Shown here: positions 26,708-34,791 of the stretch, piece after piece
How the letters are laid out: each line of letters opens with the position of its first letter
Numbering within the stretch: position 1 is the first letter of the stretch
Translations under genes and position numbers: made by a program
Notes under the pieces: generated by a model
What the model was told of the DNA's origin: nothing
Database searches by the model: none
The model's input: the letters and a program-made list of their open reading frames with translations, nothing else
Virus record (IMG/VR): IMGVR_UViG_3300005805_000232
Span: 1 to 36,010 of that record
Length of the DNA stretch: 36,010 bases
Source of the DNA: a virus
Lineage: Duplodnaviria > Caudoviricetes
Direction: 5' to 3' (one strand)

Positions 26708-27078
26708 TGGGCACTAATTACTACGTTGCGACCAATCACTGCGAATGCTGCGACCGATATGATGAGGAATATCATATCGGCAAATCTTCTATGGGCTGGG
26801 CTTTTAGCTTTCGTGGGTATCCGTCTGAACGATTGGAATCATGGAAACAGTGGAAAGAGTTTCTAAAAGATCAAATCATCATGGATGAGTACCATGAGCG
26901 TATCGCCTATGATTCGTTTGTTCAGATGATTGAGACACACAAAGCGCCTGGGTATATCCGTGAAAATGGGCATAAGAATCTAACTCATAATACTGCTGAT
27001 GATGGAGAATGGTTCAACCCAGAGTATGATTGGGATGACCCTGATGGGTACAGTTTTACTCTTCGAGAATTTTCATGA
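26707..27078 (+). CDS. Hypothetical phage protein (MGTNYY...HIGKSSMGWAFSF type)
   Basis: TAATG-coupled; CECC motif. Confidence 0.75.
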   Translation: MGTNYYVATNHCECCDRYDEEYHIGKSSMGWAFSFRGYPSERLESWKQWKEFLKDQIIMDEYHERIAYDSFVQMIETHKAPGYIRENGHKNLTHNTADDGEWFNPEYDWDDPDGYSFTLREFS

Positions 27079-27302
27079 ACGAACGAATTAGAGAACTTTG
27101 GCTTAAAGCAGCTAGAGAAGATTCTGGTGATAAATGGGACAGCCAAACAGAATTTATTGAGAGATTTGCTAAGTTGATTGTTAGGGAATGTGCTGATATT
27201 TGTAATGAGATTTATTTTGATCGTTATCCTGCTGCAGAGGAATTTGAAAGAAGCGAAGAAGGCGACGCAATAAAGAAACATTTTGGACTGAAAAATGACT
27301 AA
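27075..27302 (+). CDS. HFGVEE-family paralog 6
   Basis: MNERIREL...ERFAKLIVRECA...IKKHFGLK. Confidence 0.8.
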   Translation: MNERIRELWLKAAREDSGDKWDSQTEFIERFAKLIVRECADICNEIYFDRYPAAEEFERSEEGDAIKKHFGLKND

Positions 27303-27729
27303 TATCATTGAAGATACAATCAGCAGAAATAGAAAATTTCAAGAAGAAAGAAAATTGAGGGTAAAACGTTTACAAGAACTAAAAGCTCCCGATTTCATAA
27401 TCGAAAATGAGGAAATGATTGCAAAAATGACGTTAGCAGAATATGAAATATATTGCAATCAAGTTGAAGACGAATCTAAAAAAATTAAGTTAGAATATGC
27501 CAAAAATAATCCTATTCAAAAATCTGTAGTGGATCAAATTTATATTAAGGAAAGTAAGCTAGAATACGACTATTTTACTTATTCGTCAGATTTGCATTTA
27601 ATAATGGCTATCGATCCTTTAAGTTTTATGAGTAAAGACGATTACGAAAACGATTTGTATATAACTTTTTTGGAACATGCAAAAGAAATTTATAGAAATA
27701 GGTTTGAAAAACAACACAAAGTTGCATAA
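27295..27729 (+). CDS. AT-rich helical hypothetical protein
   Basis: Starts within the end of paralog 6. Confidence 0.7.
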   Translation: MTNIIEDTISRNRKFQEERKLRVKRLQELKAPDFIIENEEMIAKMTLAEYEIYCNQVEDESKKIKLEYAKNNPIQKSVVDQIYIKESKLEYDYFTYSSDLHLIMAIDPLSFMSKDDYENDLYITFLEHAKEIYRNRFEKQHKVA

Positions 27730-27772
27730 TTACGTCTAAGGCTTGACTAACAGAGGTACGTTTACTAGTAAA

Positions 27773-27830
27773 TTGTTGCTTAAAAACAACAAAAATTTCG
27801 GTTGACCAATATTCATTTTGGTTATATAAT
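27773..27830 (+). promoter_or_regulatory. Palindrome TTGTTG-N8-CAACAA plus sigma70 promoter
   Basis: Palindrome 27773-27792; TTGACC-17-TATAAT 27802-27830; ATG only 6 nt after the -10 box. Confidence 0.75.
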
Positions 27831-27836
27831 ACTAAA

Positions 27837-28151
27837 ATGATAAAGCGTAAACGTCGTCAAGATTCCAAACATGTTATATACTGTATAACCAATACAGTTA
27901 CCCAAGAGCAGTATGTGGGTATTACTGTATGCGGGCAACAGGTAAAACATGCCCTTAAAATTCGTATGCAAAAACATCTACGTCGTGCACTAACAGAAAA
28001 CAAAAATTGGGGAATTTGTCGCAGTCTTCGCGAGTTTGGTGCAGAGTCTCATATTTTTGGTATATTAGAAATTATTCGTGGACGTAAACCTGCTCACGCA
28101 AGAGAGCGCGAATTGATCCGTGCCTTTAACCCTAGCCTCAACACGGTATGA
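27837..28151 (+). CDS. Stand-alone GIY-YIG nuclease domain protein
   Basis: VIYCITNTVTQEQYVGIT, IRMQKH, RERELI, PSLN. Confidence 0.75.
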   Translation: MIKRKRRQDSKHVIYCITNTVTQEQYVGITVCGQQVKHALKIRMQKHLRRALTENKNWGICRSLREFGAESHIFGILEIIRGRKPAHARERELIRAFNPSLNTV

Positions 28152-28456
28152 CTACTTTACAAAATGTCACTGCATTCGCCTACGATAAACGAGGCCGACT
28201 GCTCAGTATAGGACGCAATAGCTATATTAAAACTCACCCTTTACAGGCAAAGATAGCAAAGTCGGTAGGAGAAAATCATAAAATTTTTTTACATGCTGAA
28301 GTAGCAGCATTAGTCAAGATTAAACAATGGAACCGAGTTCACAAACTGGTAGTAACTAGATATAGTAAAACCGGAGAACCTATGTTGGCTAAACCCTGTA
28401 AGGTCTGTCAACAAGTAATTAAAATGGCACGTATCGCTCATATAGAGCACACATAA
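28148..28456 (+). CDS. Zinc-dependent cytidine/dCMP deaminase-like protein
   Basis: GRN, LHAE, KPCKVC. Confidence 0.8.
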   Translation: MTTLQNVTAFAYDKRGRLLSIGRNSYIKTHPLQAKIAKSVGENHKIFLHAEVAALVKIKQWNRVHKLVVTRYSKTGEPMLAKPCKVCQQVIKMARIAHIEHT

Positions 28457-28463
28457 TCAAAAT

Positions 28464-28492
28464 TTGACAATAAATTCAAAGTTTGCTATAAT
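28464..28492 (+). promoter_or_regulatory. Consensus sigma70 early promoter
   Basis: TTGACA-17-TATAAT with TG extension. Confidence 0.85.
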
Positions 28493-28516
28493 TTATCAAC
28501 ACTAAGGAAAACGGCA

Positions 28517-28720
28517 ATGAATAATCTGACATTTGAAGTAAATTATTCTATCCTTGTTGAAGAAAGAACTGATACCTATATGGGATCCAGTCGCAGTGAT
28601 ATGCAATATCTCCGTACTACGGTTCAAGCACCCAGCGTGGGTCAAGCACAGGCCATAGTTGAAGCCCAATTTGGCGGATCGCGTCGTGTAGTTGTACATG
28701 GCGTTCGTCAAGTTTGGTAA
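28517..28720 (+). CDS. Hypothetical protein
   Basis: TAAGGA SD; TTVQAPSVGQAQAIVEAQFGG. Confidence 0.75.
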   Translation: MNNLTFEVNYSILVEERTDTYMGSSRSDMQYLRTTVQAPSVGQAQAIVEAQFGGSRRVVVHGVRQVW

Positions 28721-28738
28721 ACCAAATTCAAAATATAA

Positions 28739-28791
28739 TTGACTTATATTCCAGGTTCAATTATTATTTGAATATGCTGAATGGTTCAGCA
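28739..28791 (+). promoter_or_regulatory. sigma70-like promoter followed by a 5' hairpin
   Basis: TTGACT-17-TATTAT; TGCTGAA-TGG-TTCAGCA 28775-28791. Confidence 0.65.
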
Positions 28792-28835
28792 AAGTTGTTT
28801 TTCAATCAATCTTGTTTTTTCAATTAGGAGTTTAT

Positions 28836-29159
28836 ATGTTCAAAGTAGCTGGTGTCAGTCGTCTTAATGGTGTTGTAAAAGTACGTTTTGCCAATGATAT
28901 GACTCGTGTTAAGGTTCTTGCTAAAAACGGTCATACCGATGTGGAACTTATGGAACTACCAAGTTCAATGGATAAGGCTGCGGTAATCGCGTTTCTTAAA
29001 ACTACCGAGCTTTATCTTAAACCTGAGTATCAGGCTGTTATTGATGGTGCTGCAGCAAAATATGCTGCAGATGAAACTGTCAAAGTTACGGTTAAGCCAC
29101 AGTCTAAAAAAACTAGTTCATCGGCTAAATCTGTGGAATCACAAACAGAAGCAGCCTAA
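28836..29159 (+). CDS. Hypothetical phage protein (VAGVS...KVRFAND...GHTDVEL)
   Basis: AGGAG SD before ATG 28836. Confidence 0.8.
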   Translation: MFKVAGVSRLNGVVKVRFANDMTRVKVLAKNGHTDVELMELPSSMDKAAVIAFLKTTELYLKPEYQAVIDGAAAKYAADETVKVTVKPQSKKTSSSAKSVESQTEAA

Positions 29160-29169
29160 GGAGACAGTG

Positions 29170-29568
29170 ATGGGTCTACAGTTTGCTCTCCCCCAAGTAG
29201 GTAGTCAAGTTCGCGTAACAACACGACATAGAAACTATAATCTATTAATTACTGGTGAACATGTAGACTTTACCTACGAGGGCACTGTAGGCCCATCACA
29301 CAAATTTTTAGCCACTGACAGTTTTGTTTTAAATACGCCCAGTTCACCCCAGTTCAATAAACGCGAAATACATATCGGACATGTTGTCAAGTTAGAATAC
29401 TTAGATGGTAGAACTGCAACTAAAACTCTCAGCAGTAATCATACATGGACTGTAAAAGGCAGCAAGGGCGATGTTTATACTGTAACTAAAATCGGTACAA
29501 CAGTGACTTGCAACTGCACTGGATTTCAATTTCGTCGTAAATGTAAACATTTAGATATTGCAAAATGA
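29170..29568 (+). CDS. SWIM zinc-finger protein
   Basis: VKGSKGDVYTV...CNCTGFQFRRKCKH; TAAGGAG SD near GTG 29167 / ATG 29170. Confidence 0.8.
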   Translation: MGLQFALPQVGSQVRVTTRHRNYNLLITGEHVDFTYEGTVGPSHKFLATDSFVLNTPSSPQFNKREIHIGHVVKLEYLDGRTATKTLSSNHTWTVKGSKGDVYTVTKIGTTVTCNCTGFQFRRKCKHLDIAK

Positions 29569-29981
29569 AAAATAGAATCAGGAAGATCGATCAATTTGGC
29601 AGTGAATTAGTTGGACTATTTCATAGATTAGCCCTGTTTTCAATTGGAGCAGCTACCGTCTATGCTGCAGGTTGGACTTTTTTCGATCTGTTTAATAAGC
29701 ATCATGCTAGTATTCAGGATCTTCTATTGTTGTTTATCTATCTAGAAATCGGCGCTATGGTCGGAATTTATTTTCAAACTAACCATATGCCAGTAAGATT
29801 TTTGCTCTATATTGCGGTTACTGCAATTACGAGATATATTATAGACTTAGTAGCAGCACATGATAAGCTTTGGGAAATAGTTGCAATGAGCAGCAGCATT
29901 TTTGTATTAGCTGCAAGTGTGCTTATAGTAAGATTTAGTAGTCATCGTTACCCCAGTCACACAAACAGTGAGGAAACTTAA
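29565..29981 (+). CDS. psiE: Phosphate-starvation-inducible PsiE-family membrane protein
   Basis: DLLLLFIYLEIGAMVGIYF, HMPVRFLLYIAVTAITR; four hydrophobic helices. Confidence 0.85.
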   Translation: MKNRIRKIDQFGSELVGLFHRLALFSIGAATVYAAGWTFFDLFNKHHASIQDLLLLFIYLEIGAMVGIYFQTNHMPVRFLLYIAVTAITRYIIDLVAAHDKLWEIVAMSSSIFVLAASVLIVRFSSHRYPSHTNSEET

Positions 29982-30245
29982 TTGGACACTGTACTCTGTA
30001 AAGATTGTAAATATTCGAATCATAGTATACTGAACAATCTATCTATATTTTCTAAATTAATGGAATGTAGACATCCTTCGAGTTTTATTCCAGGAGTAAA
30101 AAGTGTAGTTACAGGAAAAACCTCTAAGGGCCAGTATCAATCCTGTTCAGAAGCAAGATTATCTCGTGGCATATGCCAACCCGACGCTAAATTATGGTTA
30201 CCAAAAAAATCAAAACATCTATTTCTATTTCTTAAAAGAGTATAA
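29982..30245 (+). CDS. Cys-rich hypothetical protein
   Basis: GAGGA SD with TTG start; LCKDCKY, ECRHP, CSEAR, CQPDAKLW. Confidence 0.7.
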   Translation: MDTVLCKDCKYSNHSILNNLSIFSKLMECRHPSSFIPGVKSVVTGKTSKGQYQSCSEARLSRGICQPDAKLWLPKKSKHLFLFLKRV

Positions 30246-30247
30246 CA

Positions 30248-30502
30248 ATGAAAGACTTTAAACAAACATTAGTTGATCTACTTAAAGCCAATATTATTGA
30301 AGTAACTTTTAAAAAAGTTAACGGTGATCTACGAGTCATGCCCTGTACATTAAAAGCCGATATTCTTCCTGCTATGCCTTTAAAAGAACAAACTAATCGT
30401 CGAGTCAACGATGATACCCTTAGCGTTTGGTGCACAGACAAAAATGAATGGCGTAGTTTTCGTATTGCCAATGTTACCAAATTTGAAATTTTGAACAAAT
30501 AA
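30248..30502 (+). CDS. SH3-like beta-barrel protein (WYL_2/DUF2693-like)
   Basis: VTFKKVNGDLRVMPCTL...VWCTDKNEWRSFRIANV. Confidence 0.75.
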   Translation: MKDFKQTLVDLLKANIIEVTFKKVNGDLRVMPCTLKADILPAMPLKEQTNRRVNDDTLSVWCTDKNEWRSFRIANVTKFEILNK

Positions 30503-30506
30503 CATC

Positions 30507-30557
30507 TTGCTATTGTCTTGGCAAACTGTTATTATTATGCATACTGTTAAACACAGT
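30507..30557 (+). promoter_or_regulatory. sigma70-like promoter with short 5' hairpin
   Basis: TTGCTA-17-TATTAT with TG extension; ACTGT-TAAAC-ACAGT 30543-30557. Confidence 0.55.
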
Positions 30558-30580
30558 TTTTTTACTTAAGGATAATAAAA

Positions 30581-30844
30581 ATGATGTTTTCAACTGAAAC
30601 CAAAACCGGCAAACTACTATCTGCTCTACGTGCCGGAGAGCAACTTACTGCAGGTCAGATTCGTCAACGTTTTAGTCTAAAGAATCCACGTGCCAGTATT
30701 AGTGATCTACGTTATATGGGTTTTGCAATTTATGCAAATACCAGTGTGGATACCAAGGGGCGTAGTTCTACTAAATATCGATTGGGTACGCCAAGTCGTG
30801 AGCTTGTAGCTGCAGGCTATCGTGCTCTTTCTCTAGGTCTATAA
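30581..30844 (+). CDS. Winged helix-turn-helix DNA-binding protein
   Basis: LLSALRAGEQLTAGQIRQRF...ASISDLRYMGFAI...KYRLG; TAAGGA SD. Confidence 0.75.
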   Translation: MMFSTETKTGKLLSALRAGEQLTAGQIRQRFSLKNPRASISDLRYMGFAIYANTSVDTKGRSSTKYRLGTPSRELVAAGYRALSLGL

Positions 30845-30859
30845 GTTTCAAGCAATATG

Positions 30860-30886
30860 AAAAAGGGCCTAATAGGCCCTTTTTTT
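30860..30886 (+). terminator. Intrinsic terminator (possibly bidirectional)
   Basis: AAAAAGGGCCT-AAT-AGGCCCTTTTTTT. Confidence 0.9.
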
Positions 30887-30903
30887 ATAACTAAGGAATA
30901 CAA

Positions 30904-31734
30904 ATGCAAGTTGCAGTGATGTCCGATTTACATTTAGAATTTGCCGACCTCGAACTGCCGGGCGGAGATATTCTTATACTTAGCGGTGATGTCTGCGAAG
31001 CTAAAAACGTAAAGCCTGAAACCTATGATTCAAATGGTGTGATCTTTGCATTTGAAAGACAAGACCGTAGACCTGACAGGTATTATAAGTTTTTTAAAGA
31101 GGAATGCAGTAAGTATAGGCATGTAATCTATGTTATGGGCAATCACGAACACTACGGTTTTAGATTTGATAAAACATATCAACATCTTAAGGATATGTTA
31201 CCCGAAAATATTATATTGCTGGAAAATGAAACAGTTCTATTAGATGACGTAGTTTTTTTAGGTGCTACACTATGGACCGATTGTAACAACAAAGATCCAC
31301 TTACCATGCTGACTCTTAAAAATAATATGAATGACTATAGAGTTATTACAAATTTTTATAGTGACAGTGGACAATATTTTAAGCTGATTCCAGAGTATAC
31401 CTATCAGGTGCACAAAAGCACACTTGAGTTTTTCTCGGAACAATTAGCGAAATTCGAAGATAAAAAGGTAGTCGTTGTCACACATCATAGCCCTAGTAGA
31501 CAAAGCACTAAACCCAAATACGAAAATGATTATCACTTAAATGGCGGATACAGCAGTAATCTAGAACAATTTATTTTAGATCATCCACAAATTAAATACT
31601 GGACTCATGGACACACACATGATACTTTTCAATATCAAATAGGCCAGTGTAATATAGTATGCAATCCACGTGGATATGCAGGATACGAAACACAGGCCAA
31701 TATATTTGATCCTACCGTGGGATTTACACTATGA
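30904..31734 (+). CDS. Calcineurin-like metallophosphoesterase
   Basis: SDLHLE, LSGD, GNHE, GATLWTD, THHSP, HGHTH, CNPRGY. Confidence 0.93.
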   Translation: MQVAVMSDLHLEFADLELPGGDILILSGDVCEAKNVKPETYDSNGVIFAFERQDRRPDRYYKFFKEECSKYRHVIYVMGNHEHYGFRFDKTYQHLKDMLPENIILLENETVLLDDVVFLGATLWTDCNNKDPLTMLTLKNNMNDYRVITNFYSDSGQYFKLIPEYTYQVHKSTLEFFSEQLAKFEDKKVVVVTHHSPSRQSTKPKYENDYHLNGGYSSNLEQFILDHPQIKYWTHGHTHDTFQYQIGQCNIVCNPRGYAGYETQANIFDPTVGFTL

Positions 31735-32210
31735 CACAATCAACTTTAGCAAATACAATACCAATCTTTTCTCTTACTACAGGTTCCAGTAGTTCTAATG
31801 AAATTTCTTCCCAATCAGGCACAATTGATCTTAATAGCTTACAGATTGATAGTATCGATCTGACTAATCCTTACTACAAAACATTTGATTTAAACAATAT
31901 TGCAGCAATTCCTGGCATATCGCAAAATCAATATTCATCATTGACTACTGCTGGAACAATCGCCACTCATGCTCCAATTATGCTGAATAACAAGGGTATT
32001 TCAATGGACGAAACATGCGATATACAAATTGGAAATTGGAGCCTTAAAGATAGTTTGGAACGTATCGAACACAGACTAGGATTACTGCAAGTTAATCCTC
32101 AATTAGAACAAGAATGGGAAGAGCTTAAAGAACTCGGTTCTCGTTATCGTGCATTAGAAGCAGACATCATTGAAAAAATGAAAGTCTGGAATATTATGCG
32201 TAAAGAGTAA
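31731..32210 (+). CDS. Hypothetical protein with low-complexity N half and coiled-coil C-terminus
   Basis: S/T/N-rich start; SLKDSLERIEHRL...EWEELKELG. Confidence 0.7.
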   Translation: MTQSTLANTIPIFSLTTGSSSSNEISSQSGTIDLNSLQIDSIDLTNPYYKTFDLNNIAAIPGISQNQYSSLTTAGTIATHAPIMLNNKGISMDETCDIQIGNWSLKDSLERIEHRLGLLQVNPQLEQEWEELKELGSRYRALEADIIEKMKVWNIMRKE

Positions 32211-32211
32211 A

Positions 32212-32240
32212 TTGACAACAAATATAAAATAACATACAAT
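32212..32240 (+). promoter_or_regulatory. sigma70 promoter, probably leaderless transcript
   Basis: TTGACA-17-TACAAT; ATG 6 nt downstream. Confidence 0.75.
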
Positions 32241-32246
32241 GTTACA

Positions 32247-32417
32247 ATGCAAACTATAATCTTAGATTCTCAAAATGTATTATCTGCAATGTGTTGGTTA
32301 GAACAAAATAACTATATAGACAAAGTAGAAGTTATCAGTTCATGGCCAGGAACCAGTTGGCAATTTAAATTTAGTGATCCTGATATAGTCAGTTTATTTT
32401 TATTAAAATGGAGATAG
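32247..32417 (+). CDS. 56-aa F-x-L-[KR]-W family protein (not in ORF track)
   Basis: MQTIILDSQNVLSAMCWLEQN...WQFKFSDPDIVSLFLLKWR. Confidence 0.75.
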   Translation: MQTIILDSQNVLSAMCWLEQNNYIDKVEVISSWPGTSWQFKFSDPDIVSLFLLKWR

Positions 32418-32421
32418 TATA

Positions 32422-32637
32422 TTGCCTTACTTTACTGTAGATATAAGTGATTTTGATAGCGATGATATCATTGAAGAAGTGAGCCGTAGAAACTTAGAAA
32501 AAGAAATATGTAAATGTGAGATCGACGAAGGCACTGCAGATCTCATTCAAAAAATCTATGAGCTTAGACGCACTAATCAAAATTATGATAGTGCACTAGA
32601 TGAGCTAATTTATTTGACTATAGGAAAAATTTTATGA
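32422..32637 (+). CDS. Acidic hypothetical protein
   Basis: GGAGA SD with TTG start; VDISDFDSDDIIEEVSRR. Confidence 0.7.
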   Translation: MPYFTVDISDFDSDDIIEEVSRRNLEKEICKCEIDEGTADLIQKIYELRRTNQNYDSALDELIYLTIGKIL

Positions 32638-33161
32638 TTACTCTTGCACAATTTTTAGAAACAATTAATTTTCAAATTACTGATGGTTCCGACTATCTAT
32701 GGGAATGTTTCGGAAGTAATGCCTATAGACTGGAATCTTGGAGTGGAACCACTGGTGATTCAGATAAGTACAGTATAGGCATAGTGTTTGATAAAAATGA
32801 TCAGACTGTCTATCAAACAGAAGCACATGACTATAAAAACAAAGTAAGTTATCGTTGGACTAATCCATTGTATAGCAAAGCATATAAAGATGAGGTTAAG
32901 CAAAAATTAAGCAGTGTCCATGCTGACGTAGCCTATGATGATGTTAAATTCACTGATCTAGAAATTGTAAAGGATTGGTTAGTAAAAGCTCGAGCAATTT
33001 TCTTAGGTGAGCCTTATGACAATAGAGTCAGCGTTCCTATCGATTTAGAAGACAGTGAACTATTTCATTTAATGAAGATTGCTCACAATAAAGATATTAC
33101 TCTAAATAAACTAGTTGAAGAAATTTTACAAGCAGCAATAGATAAGGACTCTGCATCATGA
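32634..33161 (+). CDS. Hypothetical protein with C-terminal ribbon-helix-helix-like segment
   Basis: VSVPIDLEDSELFHLMKIAHNKDITLNKLVEEIL. Confidence 0.65.
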   Translation: MITLAQFLETINFQITDGSDYLWECFGSNAYRLESWSGTTGDSDKYSIGIVFDKNDQTVYQTEAHDYKNKVSYRWTNPLYSKAYKDEVKQKLSSVHADVAYDDVKFTDLEIVKDWLVKARAIFLGEPYDNRVSVPIDLEDSELFHLMKIAHNKDITLNKLVEEILQAAIDKDSAS

Positions 33162-33349
33162 CTACTATTACATTAAATCGAAAACAAATAGAGGATCTAG
33201 CAAAAATTAAGGATCATTTCAATGAAGTCGAACAATTTCGTTTATGTGTTGATAGCAGTAATGGTATCGGGCCTGTAGTTCATGTAAAGTTTACGCTATT
33301 TGATTCAAATTCTACTAGTGTGGACATTACTGATGTTTCCGACTGGTAA
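33158..33349 (+). CDS. Hypothetical protein
   Basis: TAAGGA SD, ATGA overlap; SSNGIGP...DITDVSDW. Confidence 0.7.
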   Translation: MTTITLNRKQIEDLAKIKDHFNEVEQFRLCVDSSNGIGPVVHVKFTLFDSNSTSVDITDVSDW

Positions 33350-33357
33350 TTGTTACA

Positions 33358-33615
33358 ATGACAAAAAATATTAATGAAATAAAAATATTTTTATCGTCTA
33401 GTAAAACCCCAGATCTATTTCGAACATTTCAAAAAGCTGCTATCTATGTAATGGACCGGTCTAACACCTCTGATTGGGATATTAATAAAAGGCTTTTTGA
33501 ACAGGAATTTAGTGTAAGAGTAAAAGAAAGTATAGATATGACTGGAGATCATAGCTATGAGATAGCATTTCATACTGAACTAGACTACACATTATTTTTA
33601 ATGAAATGGCTATGA
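33358..33615 (+). CDS. F-x-L-[KR]-W family protein
   Basis: Ends IAFHTELDYTLFLMKWL. Confidence 0.75.
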   Translation: MTKNINEIKIFLSSSKTPDLFRTFQKAAIYVMDRSNTSDWDINKRLFEQEFSVRVKESIDMTGDHSYEIAFHTELDYTLFLMKWL

Positions 33616-33884
33616 TAGAAATTATCTTAGATAAAACAAAGTTTCCTTTACAACAGGAAATGATAACATGGTGTTATAGAACTGTTGGATTAGGCGGAAT
33701 AATATCAGACAATTTTATACCAATTGCGAAAAAAGCAATATTGTTACCAGATGATTGGCATAAAAAAGGATATGTTTGGGCGTTAAGCACAAATTTAGGG
33801 CAAAGTCATTTTTATTTTACTAGTGATAAAGATGCAGTCCTGTTTACCTTAAAATGGTTAACTGATGATATCGCCCACAACTAA
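33612..33884 (+). CDS. F-x-L-[KR]-W family protein
   Basis: EMITWC...FYFTSDKDAVLFTLKW; ATGA start 33612. Confidence 0.75.
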   Translation: MIEIILDKTKFPLQQEMITWCYRTVGLGGIISDNFIPIAKKAILLPDDWHKKGYVWALSTNLGQSHFYFTSDKDAVLFTLKWLTDDIAHN

Positions 33885-33973
33885 TGCTAAAAATTGCCTT
33901 AGGGACGAAATTGTGTACTAAGATTTATAGGGTTTCAGTAGCTATAGACATCCAGTTACAATATAAAATAAGC

Positions 33974-34354
33974 ATGAGTAAGTTAGAAATTAAAAATTTT
34001 TTTTGTTTCCCGTCAGGTAGATACATGCCCTGTGGGCTAAACATTTATCAAAAAATTTGGTGGAGATTTGTGCCTGGTGAAATAATAAATGTACGCTGGC
34101 CCAGTGGAAATATAGTAGTGGATCATAATCATCCCAAATGGCAAGATATGGGTGGTGCAGTGTGGGTTGATCTAGGATTTAGTGCTGATCCAAATGACCA
34201 TTACAGACCTGAGTTAGAAGAATTAGTTGGTCGTCAAGGACGTCATTGGAATTGGGGCATAGCCAACAATGATGTTGTAGAAAATCGGTTAACTATAAAG
34301 ATCGTTCGCAGTCGAGCAAAGTATGCTAGTTATTTGGCAATAAAATGGGCATAG
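33974..34354 (+). CDS. Divergent F-x-L-[KR]-W family protein, paralog of the ORF at 35805
   Basis: Start 33974 aligns with the paralog start; SADPNDHYRPELE; ends YLAIKWA. Confidence 0.7.
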   Translation: MSKLEIKNFFCFPSGRYMPCGLNIYQKIWWRFVPGEIINVRWPSGNIVVDHNHPKWQDMGGAVWVDLGFSADPNDHYRPELEELVGRQGRHWNWGIANNDVVENRLTIKIVRSRAKYASYLAIKWA

Positions 34355-34545
34355 AAAAATATAATTATTCTTTTGATATAAATCCTCCTAGGAATTCCAA
34401 AGAAGAAAGTATTATGCACGACTGGTGTGTACAAAATATAGGAAGATATGACATAGGTTGGTCCTCTTATTACAGTAACGGGTTAGTGAGAATTTATTTC
34501 ACTAACGAAAAAGATTTAATGTTATTTGCTTTGAGGTTTGCATAG
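34345..34545 (+). CDS. F-x-L-[KR]-W family protein
   Basis: MHDWCVQNIG...IYFTNEKDLMLFALRFA. Confidence 0.75.
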   Translation: MGIEKYNYSFDINPPRNSKEESIMHDWCVQNIGRYDIGWSSYYSNGLVRIYFTNEKDLMLFALRFA

Positions 34546-34790
34546 TGTGGCAGTTGACTTATCATAAGAGTTTAAAATTGGAATTGGGCGATCATTTATA
34601 CCTAGGAACAGTCACCGCAGTGGAACATGATTGGGTTCGAACTTTTGTTTTTTTGCCACACAGAACCGTCAGTGGACGTTGGGTTTGGTTAAAAAAGATT
34701 TACATTCGTAGAGTTTGGGTGTATACTGGCTTTATCGATGAACCTGAAACGCAGTATGGCGATATCTTTGATGTTTTAAATAACAAATAA
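34545..34790 (+). CDS. Hypothetical protein (FVFLPHRTVSGRWVWLKKIY)
   Basis: GTG start overlapping TAG with GAGG SD; start uncertain. Confidence 0.6.
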   Translation: MWQLTYHKSLKLELGDHLYLGTVTAVEHDWVRTFVFLPHRTVSGRWVWLKKIYIRRVWVYTGFIDEPETQYGDIFDVLNNK

Positions 34791-34791
34791 A

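Larger units (their letters stand above)
24209..27298 (+). repeat. Dispersed coding repeats: AAGTTCGCCGAGTTGATTGTT-like (6 copies) and CATTTCGGAGTTGAAGAATGA-like (7 copies)
   Basis: Middle box near 24209, 24511, 25082, 25903, 26549, 27162; end box at 24329, 24643, 25167, 25990, 26373, 26690, 27279. Confidence 0.9.

Noticed and set aside
24209-27298. CRISPR array or integron attC interpretation of the dispersed repeats
   Set aside because: Repeats are in-frame coding, non-palindromic and irregularly spaced by hundreds of bp; no cas or integrase gene in the window
27773-27792. LexA SOS box
   Set aside because: Proteobacterial consensus is CTGT-N8-ACAG; this site is TTGTTG-N8-CAACAA
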